52,591 nucleotides of DNA from Candidatus Kerfeldbacteria bacterium CG08_land_8_20_14_0_20_40_16 (GCA_002774635.1 PEXU01000047.1:1-52591), one strand, 5' to 3'; positions 1 through 9,206 are shown, numbered from the stretch's first letter. The notes: generated by a model not told the origin, from the sequence alone. Program-made: numbers and translations.

Positions 1-7
1 GGGTAGT

Positions 8-1079
8 TGGAATTAATTTGGTTGGTAAATTGTTCATTTACAAGTAAATTTTGACTTGAATCTAATAGCTGCTATAGCCCATTTACGCCAAGCATTGGGT
101 GCGTTAACTGTCCTTGCCTTTCTTCTAATGTAACTGTTTACCGATTCCATTACGTTGACTGTTGTTGGCAAATTAAATTCAGGATGTTGCAAGTAGCTTC
201 TGTATTCAGGGAAATGTCTCAAAAGTTCTCGGACAACCATTCTCATTCGTCTGGGGCATAACGGATGTTTTGCGAGTATAGCCAACCGTCTACAAAGAAC
301 ATTCACTCGCCGTTTTGATATTTCAGTAATCGCCAGTTTTGCTGATTGATAAATCTTTTCCCTGATCTGCCTGCCGGGGGTAGATGCTCTTTTGCCCCTC
401 ATCTTTTGGAGCATGCTAAGTAAGTGGAAATGGCATCTTTGAATAATCCAGCCATTTTCATAGGCAATTGCATCAAATCCTCTAATTCCGTCAGAAACAA
501 CAGCAACTAAGCGGTTTTTCACGGATAGGGGAAGTCCATTGATAACCACGTTCCAATCAGTAGCATTCTCTTTGCCAGATTTTAAGACCGGATCAAATAC
601 TGTTACCGTTTCTGAATTAGTTGATTTCACCGATAAGCAATACAATGTCCAAAATCCGTTTTTAAACAACTGCCATTCGGCGTCAACGATTAATATTAGT
701 TTCTGACCACGGATTCGGATAATTCTTCGGGCATTTACTACAGCCTTTAATTCATTGTTGAATCTTTTGTAGACAGCGTCAATTGATAGACGGGAATGCA
801 AAGCAATCTGCTTAACAGAGAAACCGTGATTAAATACTTTGTTTAAATGATTTCTCGACCTACGTAAGGTTCTCCGGCCTGGCTTGGCTGGATGTACTCT
901 CCATGTTTTTCGGCAAGCGGTACACTGCCTGCGCTTGCCGCCAAAACGAATTATTTTAGCGGCACAACATTTACTTTTCTCATGTATTAGTTTCATACAA
1001 GAGAAAAGTAGCAGAAAAAGTCAATATTTACTTGTAAATGAGCTAAAAAATTAAACTGTCACCAACCGAATTTATTCCA
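8..1079 (-). mobile_element. Complete small IS element (~1.07 kb) carrying a single transposase ORF. Terminal inverted repeats read inward TGGAATnAATTnGGTTGGT ... TTTACAAGTAAA at both ends. Family not resolved (IS1595-like by size and N-terminal zinc ribbon).
   Basis: Left end 8-48 and the reverse complement of right end 1027-1079 share two conserved blocks (17/19 in the outer block, plus TTTACAAGTAAA inside). A single 320-aa ORF sits between them. Confidence 0.7.
34..996 (-). CDS. DDE-type transposase with an N-terminal Cys-rich zinc-ribbon
   Basis: 320 aa; N-terminal CC...CxxC motif, strongly basic, and flanked by the terminal inverted repeats. Confidence 0.65.
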   Translation of the reverse strand: MKLIHEKSKCCAAKIIRFGGKRRQCTACRKTWRVHPAKPGRRTLRRSRNHLNKVFNHGFSVKQIALHSRLSIDAVYKRFNNELKAVVNARRIIRIRGQKLILIVDAEWQLFKNGFWTLYCLSVKSTNSETVTVFDPVLKSGKENATDWNVVINGLPLSVKNRLVAVVSDGIRGFDAIAYENGWIIQRCHFHLLSMLQKMRGKRASTPGRQIREKIYQSAKLAITEISKRRVNVLCRRLAILAKHPLCPRRMRMVVRELLRHFPEYRSYLQHPEFNLPTTVNVMESVNSYIRRKARTVNAPNAWRKWAIAAIRFKSKFTCK

Positions 1080-1109
1080 TCATCCCGTAATTAGTAATTC
1101 TAAAAACCT

Positions 1110-1361
1110 ATGCCTTATTTCGAAAAAGAGGAAAATTTAGATCCCAAAACACTGGATCTGGAACGGGCTTCTAAATCTTTAAGAGAAGAATTGGAAGCAA
1201 TTGATTATTACCAAGAGAGGATAGAGAATGCTAAAGATGAAGGGCTAAAGAAAATCTTAGCTCATAATCGCGATGAAGAAAAAGAGCATGCCGCCATGCT
1301 GGTTGAGTGGCTGCGGAAAAATGATCCTGTTTTTGATCAAAAGTTTAAAGAGCACGATTAG
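1110..1361 (+). CDS. Small ferritin-like (EncFtn-like) di-iron carboxylate mini-protein
   Basis: 83 aa, helical, with E...Y and EEKEH (ExxH) motifs at EncFtn-like spacing. No encapsulin shell gene is adjacent. Confidence 0.4.
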   Translation: MPYFEKEENLDPKTLDLERASKSLREELEAIDYYQERIENAKDEGLKKILAHNRDEEKEHAAMLVEWLRKNDPVFDQKFKEHD

Positions 1362-1377
1362 TTTTAAATATTGTATC

Positions 1378-1452
1378 TACCTCTCCTATCCTCCCCTTAT
1401 CAAGGGGAGGAATCCTTATGTTTCCCCTCCTTTGCAGGAGGGGTTAGGAGAG
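1378..1452 (+). terminator. Compound structured element: two adjacent hairpins (CTCCCCTT/AAGGGGAG and CCCCTCCT/AGGAGGGG) enclosed by an outer stem (CTCTCCTA/TAGGAGAG). Probably a terminator or small structured RNA.
   Basis: Nested inverted repeats read directly from the sequence. The stems are purine-rich and SD-like. Confidence 0.45.
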
Positions 1453-1565
1453 GTATTAATAAAATCCTAGAATAATCATTTTTCTTGCATCAGTGATTTG
1501 AAATCAAGATTTTTTCTTGATATAATAGCGGTTATTTGCTAAGGTTATTTACTCGAAAAGGCGAA

Positions 1566-1587
1566 ACGTCGACGTTTCGCCTTCTAA
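1566..1587. promoter_or_regulatory. Perfect 22-bp palindrome GGCGAAACGTCGACGTTTCGCC upstream of the purB-like gene; candidate operator or terminator without a T-run.
   Basis: Perfect inverted repeat. The half-sites CGAAACG/CGTTTCG resemble PurR-type half-sites, but the spacing differs. Confidence 0.3.
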
Positions 1588-1638
1588 GAAGTAAACAAAG
1601 AAAGTTCGTTTCATTATAAACAAGAAAGGAGGCCAGAA

Positions 1639-3102
1639 ATGGCCAAAAGAAATCTGGTACTGCCGGGCAATCCCCGCTACCAGCCCGTTTCACTGGTACC
1701 TTACTTTGGGTATGACAATTTGGTGCATTCGTGGATTTGGGTGGAATCGGCGCTTCTGAAAGCGCTCGCGGATATCGGTTATCTGCCGGATGATGCCGAA
1801 GCAGCTTTACGCTTAAGAGGCAGAGCGGGTTGGCAGACTCATCTGGAAAGCTGCATTACCACGACCAAGGTTGATTATCGGGAGAAAACGGCGAAAAGAA
1901 GAACTAAGCACGACATTCGGGCGCTGGTATTACTGATGCAAGAGAATCTTCCGCCGGAACTGAGGCGTTGGGTTCATTTTGGCGCTACGTCCTTTGACAT
2001 CCGCGACACGGCAGCAATCATTGATTTCAAAGCGGCGTATCAGAAAGTGACCGCTCCTACGGTTCGGAAGCTGGCTCTGGCAATAGCGGCAAAAACGGAG
2101 GAGTTTGCCGGAAAAATTCAGATCGGGCGAACTCATGGGCAGCACGCTCTGCCGATAACGGTAGGGTTCTGGCTGGCAACTATTTTGAACCGCCTGATGA
2201 CCGCTGGCAGAAATCTTGAGTTTGATTCCTTATCGCTCGTCGGTAAGTTCAGTGGAGCGGTCGGTGCTCACAATGCCCAGATTGGATTAGGAATCGAAAA
2301 AAAGTATCAGGAATGGCGCAGCGGCAAAAGTTTACCCGATACTTTCGAGGCATTTGTGCTGGCAAAACTCGGCTTAAAACCGGCTGCCGTTTCTACCCAG
2401 ATTCTACCGCCGGAGCCACTCTCCCGCTTTCTGTACAGTTATTTCCAACTTTCCGCCGTTTTAGCCCAGTTAGGCAACGATGGGCGCAATTTACAGCGCA
2501 CGGAAATTGCGGAAGTAATGGAAGTGTTTGAGAAAGGTCAGACCGGCTCGTCTACTATGGCGCACAAACGCAATCCGATTACTTTTGAAAACACTGCCGG
2601 CATCTTCAAAATCGTAAAGGCAGAATTCCTAAAGGTGATGGACTGCATGACTTCAGACCACCAGCGCGATCTGGTAGACAGCTCCGTAATGCGGGAATTT
2701 CCCGGCATTGTAGTGTTGGTTCAGTACCAGCTGGAGAGCCTGCTGCGCTTAATTCCGAAAATGGTTGTGGACCCGGAAGCGCTGAAGCGCAACTTCCAGC
2801 TTTCCGCCAACGTGATTCTGGCAGAGCCGATTTATTTGGCGCTGATTCTGGGCGGCTACCGGGGTGATGCGCACAAGTTTGTGAACCACACGCTTACCCC
2901 GCGTGCTAAAGAAAGCGGAAACCAAATAATCGTGGAACTGGAAAAAATGGCAAGACGTAGCCAGACGCTTCAGAAAGTACTGGAAAACATTCCCAAAGAC
3001 GTCCTTCGGTTACTGCATGATCCGCGAGAATATGTCGGTTCGGCATCGGCCGAAGCATTAAGAATTGCTTCAGGGGCTCATACACAGTTCTCTGAACATT
3101 AA
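1639..3102 (+). CDS. purB: Fumarate-lyase superfamily enzyme, most likely adenylosuccinate lyase (PurB-like)
   Basis: GSSTMAHKRNP signature loop of the aspartase/fumarase/ASL family. The purA remnant elsewhere in the window supports a purine role. 487 aa is longer than canonical PurB. Confidence 0.6.
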   Translation: MAKRNLVLPGNPRYQPVSLVPYFGYDNLVHSWIWVESALLKALADIGYLPDDAEAALRLRGRAGWQTHLESCITTTKVDYREKTAKRRTKHDIRALVLLMQENLPPELRRWVHFGATSFDIRDTAAIIDFKAAYQKVTAPTVRKLALAIAAKTEEFAGKIQIGRTHGQHALPITVGFWLATILNRLMTAGRNLEFDSLSLVGKFSGAVGAHNAQIGLGIEKKYQEWRSGKSLPDTFEAFVLAKLGLKPAAVSTQILPPEPLSRFLYSYFQLSAVLAQLGNDGRNLQRTEIAEVMEVFEKGQTGSSTMAHKRNPITFENTAGIFKIVKAEFLKVMDCMTSDHQRDLVDSSVMREFPGIVVLVQYQLESLLRLIPKMVVDPEALKRNFQLSANVILAEPIYLALILGGYRGDAHKFVNHTLTPRAKESGNQIIVELEKMARRSQTLQKVLENIPKDVLRLLHDPREYVGSASAEALRIASGAHTQFSEH

Positions 3103-3164
3103 CTCCTTAGCCGATTCTTTAGATTGTAGGGCGTGTACTTTTACCAGAAAGTGCCCGCCCTTTT

Positions 3165-3812
3165 TCATTCATAAAGCCAGAAATCATCACGGTCGATATG
3201 CCAGGCACTTAGCAGCTCGTCCGCCACCAAAGCAATGACATCTTTGTTCCAGTTAACTTGTTCGGCCCCCTCTCTTTCCAAAAGCACTGACCAAACAGGG
3301 CGCAAATCGTCATCTGATTGGTAAGCTTCGCATTTAGCGTAATATACTTTGTTTTCTTCTTGGTACAATGCTTTAAACAGCTCGGCGCATTTCAGTTTAA
3401 TGGAATTGAGATCCTCCAACACTTTAGTTTCATAATTGGTGGTGATTTCGTGTTCATCAGCCCAAAATCCCACCAGCGAAAAATACTCTTCCTGCTCGGA
3501 CATTCTTCGATCAGATTCGTTTTTAAAAAGATAAGGTTTGCCTTGGATATTATTGCCGGCCATTACCTCGCTGACGATTGATTTGATGTTAGCGATGCTT
3601 TCTTCCTTGTTTTCTAGTTCTTTCCCTGATTGGTTAGTTATTTCCTCAATAACCTTGGACTTTTCTTCGTAGTATTTTTCTTCCGCAGTTTTATTGCCTC
3701 CGCTCGCGTAATAAATAATCACAACGACGATTCCCGCCGCTATTATAGCCAAAACAGCAATTACTATAATTAATGTTTTTTTGGTGTTTTTCATAGGATT
3801 ATAATTAGTCAT
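3165..3812 (-). CDS. Single-pass membrane protein, function unknown. The start is probably at MTNYNP (3812), not at the upstream extension listed in the ORF track.
   Basis: N-terminal transmembrane helix (LIIVIAVLAIIAAGIVVVII) followed by a soluble acidic domain. The upstream in-frame extension runs into a GC-rich structured region. Confidence 0.45.
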   Translation of the reverse strand: MTNYNPMKNTKKTLIIVIAVLAIIAAGIVVVIIYYASGGNKTAEEKYYEEKSKVIEEITNQSGKELENKEESIANIKSIVSEVMAGNNIQGKPYLFKNESDRRMSEQEEYFSLVGFWADEHEITTNYETKVLEDLNSIKLKCAELFKALYQEENKVYYAKCEAYQSDDDLRPVWSVLLEREGAEQVNWNKDVIALVADELLSAWHIDRDDFWLYE

Positions 3813-3829
3813 TAAACTTGTTTTTATTT

Positions 3830-4015
3830 CGACTAGCGAGGAGCAAAATGAAAGCTTGCTATCATTTTGGCCGAGCGACGCCTGCCTCCGCCGAAGCGAA
3901 GCCTCGGCTTCGCGCAGGTAGGTCGAAACACAGGGTAAATACCCCGTGGCTTGCCGCTTTTCCATTCAATCCCGCGGACGCGGGATTGGGGTCCAGGGCT
4001 TGCTCTGGGGTCAAT
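3830..4015. other. GC-rich structured island in a divergent intergenic region: multiple hairpins, including the 16-nt palindrome TCCCGCGGACGCGGGA. Candidate ncRNA or GC-palindrome element.
   Basis: Sharp GC spike against AT-rich flanks. Stems include gaagcctcggcttc and cccgcggacgcggg. The same 16-mer recurs at 38606-38621. Confidence 0.4.
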
Positions 4016-4108
4016 ACCCTTTATTATAGTATTTAATCCATTTTCTGGGAATTAAATATTTTTAGCTTATTATGCTACTATTAACTGGTAAACATTAAAG
4101 GCAAAACT

Positions 4109-5470
4109 ATGAAATATTGTCCCAAATGCAATGCCCTTTTAAACAAAGAAGCCGAATTCTGCAGCGAATGCGGCACCAAAATCGAATCGGAGAACAAAAC
4201 TTCAGAACCCGCTCAAACTCCGATTACTCCAAAACAAAAAAGAAAAAAATCGAGCAACAGATTACTTTGGGTTATCATTATTATTTTTACCCTGGTCATT
4301 ATTGGTGCACTGATTGCTGCTTTTTTTGTTTTTCGGGAATCGGATGAGAAAAATTCCAATTCCGCTATTCCTTCCAATCAAAATTTAAACATGAATGTCA
4401 ATGAGAATACTAACGCCAATGTTAATCTTAATCAGAATGTAAACAGTGATGAGAATATGAATATAAATGATAATGGCAATATTAACATAAATCTAAATGA
4501 GAATAGCAATGAAAATACAAATGCGAATCTCAATGAAAATACTAACCAAGAGCAATTCACTCAAACCGATCCGGTAAATCCACTCCGGCCGCCGATCCCC
4601 GAAACCATTGTAACCGCTTCCTCCACCTTGGAAGACGCCAGCAATACCGGATTCGATTATTCCCCCTCTCAAGTTTTAGATCAGGATTTTTCCACGGCTT
4701 GGACCGAAGGAGTGAACGGTTACGGAGTGGGTGAGTGGATTAAAATGGAATTTCCAGGAACAGCCGAAATCAATACGATCGGAATCGTGCCAGGATACGC
4801 CCGCGATGAAGAAATCTACAACGAGAATGACCGAGTGGCGGATTTGGAACTGGAGTTTTCTGGCGGATCAAAAATAACCAGAACGCTTGCAGACCAATAC
4901 GGCATGCAGTTTATTGAATTTCCAACCGTTGGAACTACTTATATCAAATTAACAATTAAGGGAGTTTACGACGGATCAAAATACCAGGATGCCGCCATTG
5001 CTGAGCTTGATATCTGGTCCGACTATGTAACCAATAAAGATGCCCAAGCAGCCCTGGAATACTATCAAACTAATAAGGAATCGGCCGCTCTAAAGCCTCC
5101 TGTGAAATACATCGAGAAAACCTACATGGCCATCGGCATTATGGGCAGTCCTACTCCAGAAATTCCAGTTAATTTCTATTCTCCCACTGTGGAGCCGATG
5201 GTTGCTGCCGCAGAAATCCCCGCCGCCACTCCTCAAGGAATTACCTTTACCGCTAAGTGGTTCAATGAAGGCAACTTGTTCCATACCCAGGATATTACCA
5301 GTTATTCGCCGGTTGCCGAGATTGCTACCATTACTATTGTTTCCACCGCCCAGATTAGTGATTTAGTTTCTCCACCTGATGTTCTGTGGCCTCTGGGCGA
5401 TTATGATGTCAGATGGTATGAAGACGGCCAGCTTTCCACCACTCAAATTTTTGCCGTGACTCCGCAATAA
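4109..5470 (+). CDS. Membrane-anchored protein with, in order: N-terminal zinc-ribbon, transmembrane helix, (Asn-X)n low-complexity linker, discoidin (F5/8 type C)-like domain, and a C-terminal domain of unknown function
   Basis: CPKC...CSEC ribbon; hydrophobic helix; ~57-residue stretch with N at alternate positions (aatNNN DNA repeats 4376-4550); D..TAW and EW motifs typical of discoidin-like domains. Confidence 0.55.
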   Translation: MKYCPKCNALLNKEAEFCSECGTKIESENKTSEPAQTPITPKQKRKKSSNRLLWVIIIIFTLVIIGALIAAFFVFRESDEKNSNSAIPSNQNLNMNVNENTNANVNLNQNVNSDENMNINDNGNININLNENSNENTNANLNENTNQEQFTQTDPVNPLRPPIPETIVTASSTLEDASNTGFDYSPSQVLDQDFSTAWTEGVNGYGVGEWIKMEFPGTAEINTIGIVPGYARDEEIYNENDRVADLELEFSGGSKITRTLADQYGMQFIEFPTVGTTYIKLTIKGVYDGSKYQDAAIAELDIWSDYVTNKDAQAALEYYQTNKESAALKPPVKYIEKTYMAIGIMGSPTPEIPVNFYSPTVEPMVAAAEIPAATPQGITFTAKWFNEGNLFHTQDITSYSPVAEIATITIVSTAQISDLVSPPDVLWPLGDYDVRWYEDGQLSTTQIFAVTPQ

Positions 5471-5543
5471 GCCAAACTAAGGTTAGCATTTATTTTCTTA
5501 GAAATTAAAAAGATTTTGGAACTTATAATTAACTTTAAAAAAT

Positions 5544-5750
5544 ATGCGAACCGAGGAAGAAATTAAGGAAAAAATAGACGATTTGGAATCAGAGAAAGAT
5601 GATCTGGAAACTGAATTTCAAGAGACGCTGGAGGATGAGAATGTTGAAGAAGATTCCGAGAAGGGTGAAGAACTAAGATGCGAGTATGACGAAAAAGTCG
5701 AAGCAATGGAAAAACAAATCGGTCTGTTAGAATGGGTCTTGAAGGAATAA
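5544..5750 (+). CDS. Small, highly acidic coiled-coil protein (68 aa), hypothetical
   Basis: ORF between two secreted/membrane protein genes; no clear Shine-Dalgarno site. Confidence 0.25.
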   Translation: MRTEEEIKEKIDDLESEKDDLETEFQETLEDENVEEDSEKGEELRCEYDEKVEAMEKQIGLLEWVLKE

Positions 5751-5784
5751 ACATTTTTAAATAAACAGGAAAGGAGGTGATAAC

Positions 5785-6642
5785 ATGAAAAGAAGCCTTG
5801 CCATTACGCTAGTGGCTTTCGCTGCCGTTATGCTAACGGTTGGCGTAGTGAAAGCGGCATCGGAATACAATATTACTTCCACCCTAGGAGGAGTAAGCGG
5901 AGATTTTTTTGATTTAGATGGAACTTTGAAAGTTGACTCAATTAAAGTAGGGGCCCAGGGAGTAGGCGGAGTGACCTTTTTTAACGGGACGATTGTAAAT
6001 GAAACTACTAATAGCGGTGTTGATAATCCAGTTACCTTCGGCGATAATGTCAGGATTGATGGTAGAGTATATCGGGGTGCAGCCGCTGGGACAAGCGATT
6101 CCATGCCTTTTATTGTTAATGATAATATGGAAGTCACTGGTACCTTGACCGTTTCCGGATTAAGCGGTTCGGGAATTGTGTCCAGTAATAATATTGCCAG
6201 TAATGCAATTACCAGTGCCAAGGTGGCTGATGGTGCCATTGCCACAGAGGATCTAGCGGATAATTCTGTCACTCAAGCAGTGGAAGATTCTTCTACTACT
6301 TCTCAAACCACCACTAAGTCAGGGGGGGATTTCGATACCGCAGCAGAAGTTGAAATAACCACTGGTGACAGTAATCTGTTCTGCACGTTTAGCGGTTATG
6401 GAACGACTGGTAATCCTGACCATTCGATTACTGTTGCTCTGCTACTAGATAATGAAGTGATTGACCGGACCGTGCGATCAGCAACAATGGGCGGAGGAGA
6501 TGGTCATATTATCTTAAACACCACAGCTATTTTGGAAGTTGCTGCTGGTGACCACACCATCCAATTAGGATGGAATACTGATAATGAGATTACGGCCAGT
6601 CTTTATGCCAACACTCTAGATTGTATTGAACTAAAGAAATAA
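5785..6642 (+). CDS. Secreted Gly/Thr/Ser-rich beta-rich protein (fibre-like), hypothetical
   Basis: Strong Shine-Dalgarno site (aggaggtg), signal peptide ending VKAAS, and a rho-independent terminator downstream. Confidence 0.55.
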   Translation: MKRSLAITLVAFAAVMLTVGVVKAASEYNITSTLGGVSGDFFDLDGTLKVDSIKVGAQGVGGVTFFNGTIVNETTNSGVDNPVTFGDNVRIDGRVYRGAAAGTSDSMPFIVNDNMEVTGTLTVSGLSGSGIVSSNNIASNAITSAKVADGAIATEDLADNSVTQAVEDSSTTSQTTTKSGGDFDTAAEVEITTGDSNLFCTFSGYGTTGNPDHSITVALLLDNEVIDRTVRSATMGGGDGHIILNTTAILEVAAGDHTIQLGWNTDNEITASLYANTLDCIELKK

Positions 6643-6655
6643 CAGCTGTGGCAAT

Positions 6656-6690
6656 TCAAAAAACCCGTCGTAATTGGCGGGTTTTTTTGT
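6656..6690 (+). terminator. Rho-independent terminator
   Basis: aaaaacccgtcgtaattggcgggttttttt. Confidence 0.7.
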
Positions 6691-6710
6691 AAATTTGTAT
6701 AATATAAGCT

Positions 6711-8222
6711 ATGAGAAAAGCCTTTATTTTTATAATTATCCTCGTATTCTTTTTTTATCCCTTAGTAGGATTTGCGGAAAGCTCTACATGGGCCGTTACC
6801 AATGATAAGGTTGGTTTAAATGTTCATTGGGCTTTAGGAGGATTCGGCAAAGACAGCCAATACAGCTACCGACTCACCCAAAGCCGCACTAAGTGGGTGC
6901 GGGAACATTTTTATACCGAAGTGTTTATGGTAGAAAATCCTAATGCTTGGTTTGAAAGATATGATTACGTTCTGAATGAATACCATCGCAAGGGGATTAA
7001 AGTTTTGGGAATGTTAGCCTATGGTCCGGAGCACGGCGATTTTCAGCAGCCCAATCTGGAATTGTGGGAAGATTACGTCAGAACAATTGTTTACCGCTAC
7101 AAAAACCGGGTGGCCGCTTGGGAGATTTGGAATGAGCCCGACTCACCCAGTTATTTAAATCCTAACAATCCGGAAACTTTTGGCCCTATTTTAGAAACGG
7201 CTTATCGAACCATTAAAAACATTGACCCAGGTGCTCTCGTTCTGAATGGTGGACTGGTCTGGCCCAATTTCTATTTTGCCGAACAGCTTTTTCAAAATTA
7301 CAACCAGTACTTTGACCGCTTGGCCGTACACGCCTATTACTGCCGAGAAGGAAACAATCAATTGCTTACGGACTTAAATTCCCTTCAAGCGGTGGTAAAT
7401 AAGTACCGTCCCGGTGAAAAAATTTGGATTACTGAATTAGGCTGTTCTTCTTTTGACGAATCTTTTCAAGAATCCTATTTAGCAGGAACCGCTCAAGCGG
7501 TTTTGGAAGCTGGCTTTGTGGAGAAAATTTTTCTCTATAACATCCGTAACCGGGAAACGGGCAACGCTTACGAAGACCATTTTGGACTTTTGACCTTAGA
7601 TCTGCGGCCCCGCCTTTCCTGGAATTGGTACCGTAAGCTCCCGCGGGGTCCTTATGATCAGCCAAGAATCAGCGTGGAACTAGAACAAAAACACGCTCAA
7701 GAATTAAGAGCGGTTCTGGAAAACTATTTTGGCCTGGGTAAGATTCCCGTGTCCGCAGAAAACTGGTCCAAGCTGGTTAATGCGTATATCTATGGGGGCT
7801 ATCCGGTAATTGCCATTGTTCAATCCTTGCGTTTTGGCGGCAAAACAGTGCATCCCACTATTCATTATGATTATTGGCAGGAATCAATTGATTATCAGAA
7901 TTATATCAATAAAGATTTAATCAATGGCCGTTTTGTTTATTCTTACGGAAAGGCGCGCTTACCTATTGATCAAGAGCAACAGAAAGCCTTAGAATTAAAA
8001 CAAAAACTCCAAGACCAATTTGGCTTAGAGCATTTACGGATTAATGATACAAACTGGGTTAAACTATTAAATGCATATGCCTACGGGGGATACCCGGTAG
8101 AAGCTATTGCGCGGGCGGTAATTTATGGCGGAAAAACGGTTCATTTAGAAATTCCATGGAAAACCTGGCAGGAATCAGCCGATTACCAAGAGTTTATCTC
8201 CAAACCAATCCCCACTTCTTAG
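6711..8222 (+). CDS. Secreted clan GH-A glycoside hydrolase (GH5-like) with two tandem C-terminal ~60-aa repeat modules
   Basis: Signal peptide; WEIWNEPD (acid/base Glu) and ITELG (nucleophile Glu); an internal repeat containing NAYxYGGYPV...GGKTVH occurs twice. Confidence 0.6.
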   Translation: MRKAFIFIIILVFFFYPLVGFAESSTWAVTNDKVGLNVHWALGGFGKDSQYSYRLTQSRTKWVREHFYTEVFMVENPNAWFERYDYVLNEYHRKGIKVLGMLAYGPEHGDFQQPNLELWEDYVRTIVYRYKNRVAAWEIWNEPDSPSYLNPNNPETFGPILETAYRTIKNIDPGALVLNGGLVWPNFYFAEQLFQNYNQYFDRLAVHAYYCREGNNQLLTDLNSLQAVVNKYRPGEKIWITELGCSSFDESFQESYLAGTAQAVLEAGFVEKIFLYNIRNRETGNAYEDHFGLLTLDLRPRLSWNWYRKLPRGPYDQPRISVELEQKHAQELRAVLENYFGLGKIPVSAENWSKLVNAYIYGGYPVIAIVQSLRFGGKTVHPTIHYDYWQESIDYQNYINKDLINGRFVYSYGKARLPIDQEQQKALELKQKLQDQFGLEHLRINDTNWVKLLNAYAYGGYPVEAIARAVIYGGKTVHLEIPWKTWQESADYQEFISKPIPTS

Positions 8223-8238
8223 AATTTATCTAATCTGA

Positions 8239-9195
8239 TTGGTGGTGTATAATAAATCCCAAATGGAACTATTTTTAGCTCAACCTCGCGGATTTTGTGC
8301 CGGAGTAACCCGTGCCATTGAAACGGTGAATTTTGCTTTGGAGAAATTCGGTTCTCCCGTCTATATCCGTCATTCCATAGTACACAATCAGCACGTTATA
8401 GATGAATTTAAAAAGAAGGGGGCAATTTTTGTTGAAACCCTTCAAGATGTTCCCAAAGGAAGCCGAGTAATTTTCAGCGCGCACGGGATTTCTCCAGCGG
8501 TGCGGAAAGAAGCGGAAGCGCGTAATCTGAAAGTAGTTGATGCTACTTGTCCTTTAGTATCCAAAGTACATTTGGAAGCAATCCGCTACGCCAAACAGGG
8601 ATATTCCATTATCCTGGTTGGACATAAGGGTCACGTGGAAGTGGAAGGAACGGCTGGTGAAGCTCCTGATCAAACAATAATTATGGAAAGCAAGGACGAA
8701 CTAGCTGGTTTAAAAGTGATTGATCCAGCTAAAGTAATCGTACTAACCCAGACTACGCTTAGTATTGATGATACTCAGGAAATCATCGGTGCTCTAAAAA
8801 AGAAGTTTCCCCAACTGATTGAACCGCCTAAGGGCGATATTTGTGATGCTACCCAGAATCGCCAGGATGCCGTTAAGTATTTAGCTGAATTTTGCGATTT
8901 AGTATTGGTAGTGGGAGATCCTTCTAGCTCTAACTCCAACCAGCTGAAAGAAGTTGCTTCAAAAAAAGGAATCGAGGCTTATTTAATTAAAGACAGCTCT
9001 GATATTGATTCAGAATGGCTAAACGGCGTAACGGCGGTGGGAGTAACGGCCAGTGCTTCCACTCCCGAATATCTTATTGACCAAGTGGTTGTCTTTCTTC
9101 AAAAGCAGGGGGCTCAGCAAATAAAGGAAGTTCAAAGAAGAAAAGAAAACGCTGAATTTCCTTTACCCAGTGAAATAACAAAAACTAATTATTAA
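8239..9195 (+). CDS. ispH: 4-hydroxy-3-methylbut-2-enyl diphosphate reductase IspH/LytB (true start probably the MELF... Met near 8263)
   Basis: ATCPLVSKVH and the remaining conserved Cys ligands; typical length. Confidence 0.85.
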   Translation: MVVYNKSQMELFLAQPRGFCAGVTRAIETVNFALEKFGSPVYIRHSIVHNQHVIDEFKKKGAIFVETLQDVPKGSRVIFSAHGISPAVRKEAEARNLKVVDATCPLVSKVHLEAIRYAKQGYSIILVGHKGHVEVEGTAGEAPDQTIIMESKDELAGLKVIDPAKVIVLTQTTLSIDDTQEIIGALKKKFPQLIEPPKGDICDATQNRQDAVKYLAEFCDLVLVVGDPSSSNSNQLKEVASKKGIEAYLIKDSSDIDSEWLNGVTAVGVTASASTPEYLIDQVVVFLQKQGAQQIKEVQRRKENAEFPLPSEITKTNY

Positions 9196-9206
9196 TTACC
9201 AGGGCT

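Noticed and set aside
1273-1470. 65-aa ORF overlapping the EncFtn-like gene end and the double hairpin
   Set aside because: Its sequence is derived from the purine-rich hairpin stems, it overlaps a better-supported gene, and it has no ribosome-binding site.
3830-4015. RNase P RNA, SRP RNA or 6S RNA identity for the GC-rich island
   Set aside because: The island is too short for RNase P (~190 nt) and has no GGAAAGTCCGGGC (P4) or AGCAGCCAAGG (SRP domain IV) motifs. 6S cannot be judged by eye.
3818-4036. 72-aa plus-strand ORF and the N-terminal extension of the 3165..3965 ORF
   Set aside because: Both run through the GC-rich hairpin island. The membrane-protein gene more plausibly starts at 3812 (MTNYNP).
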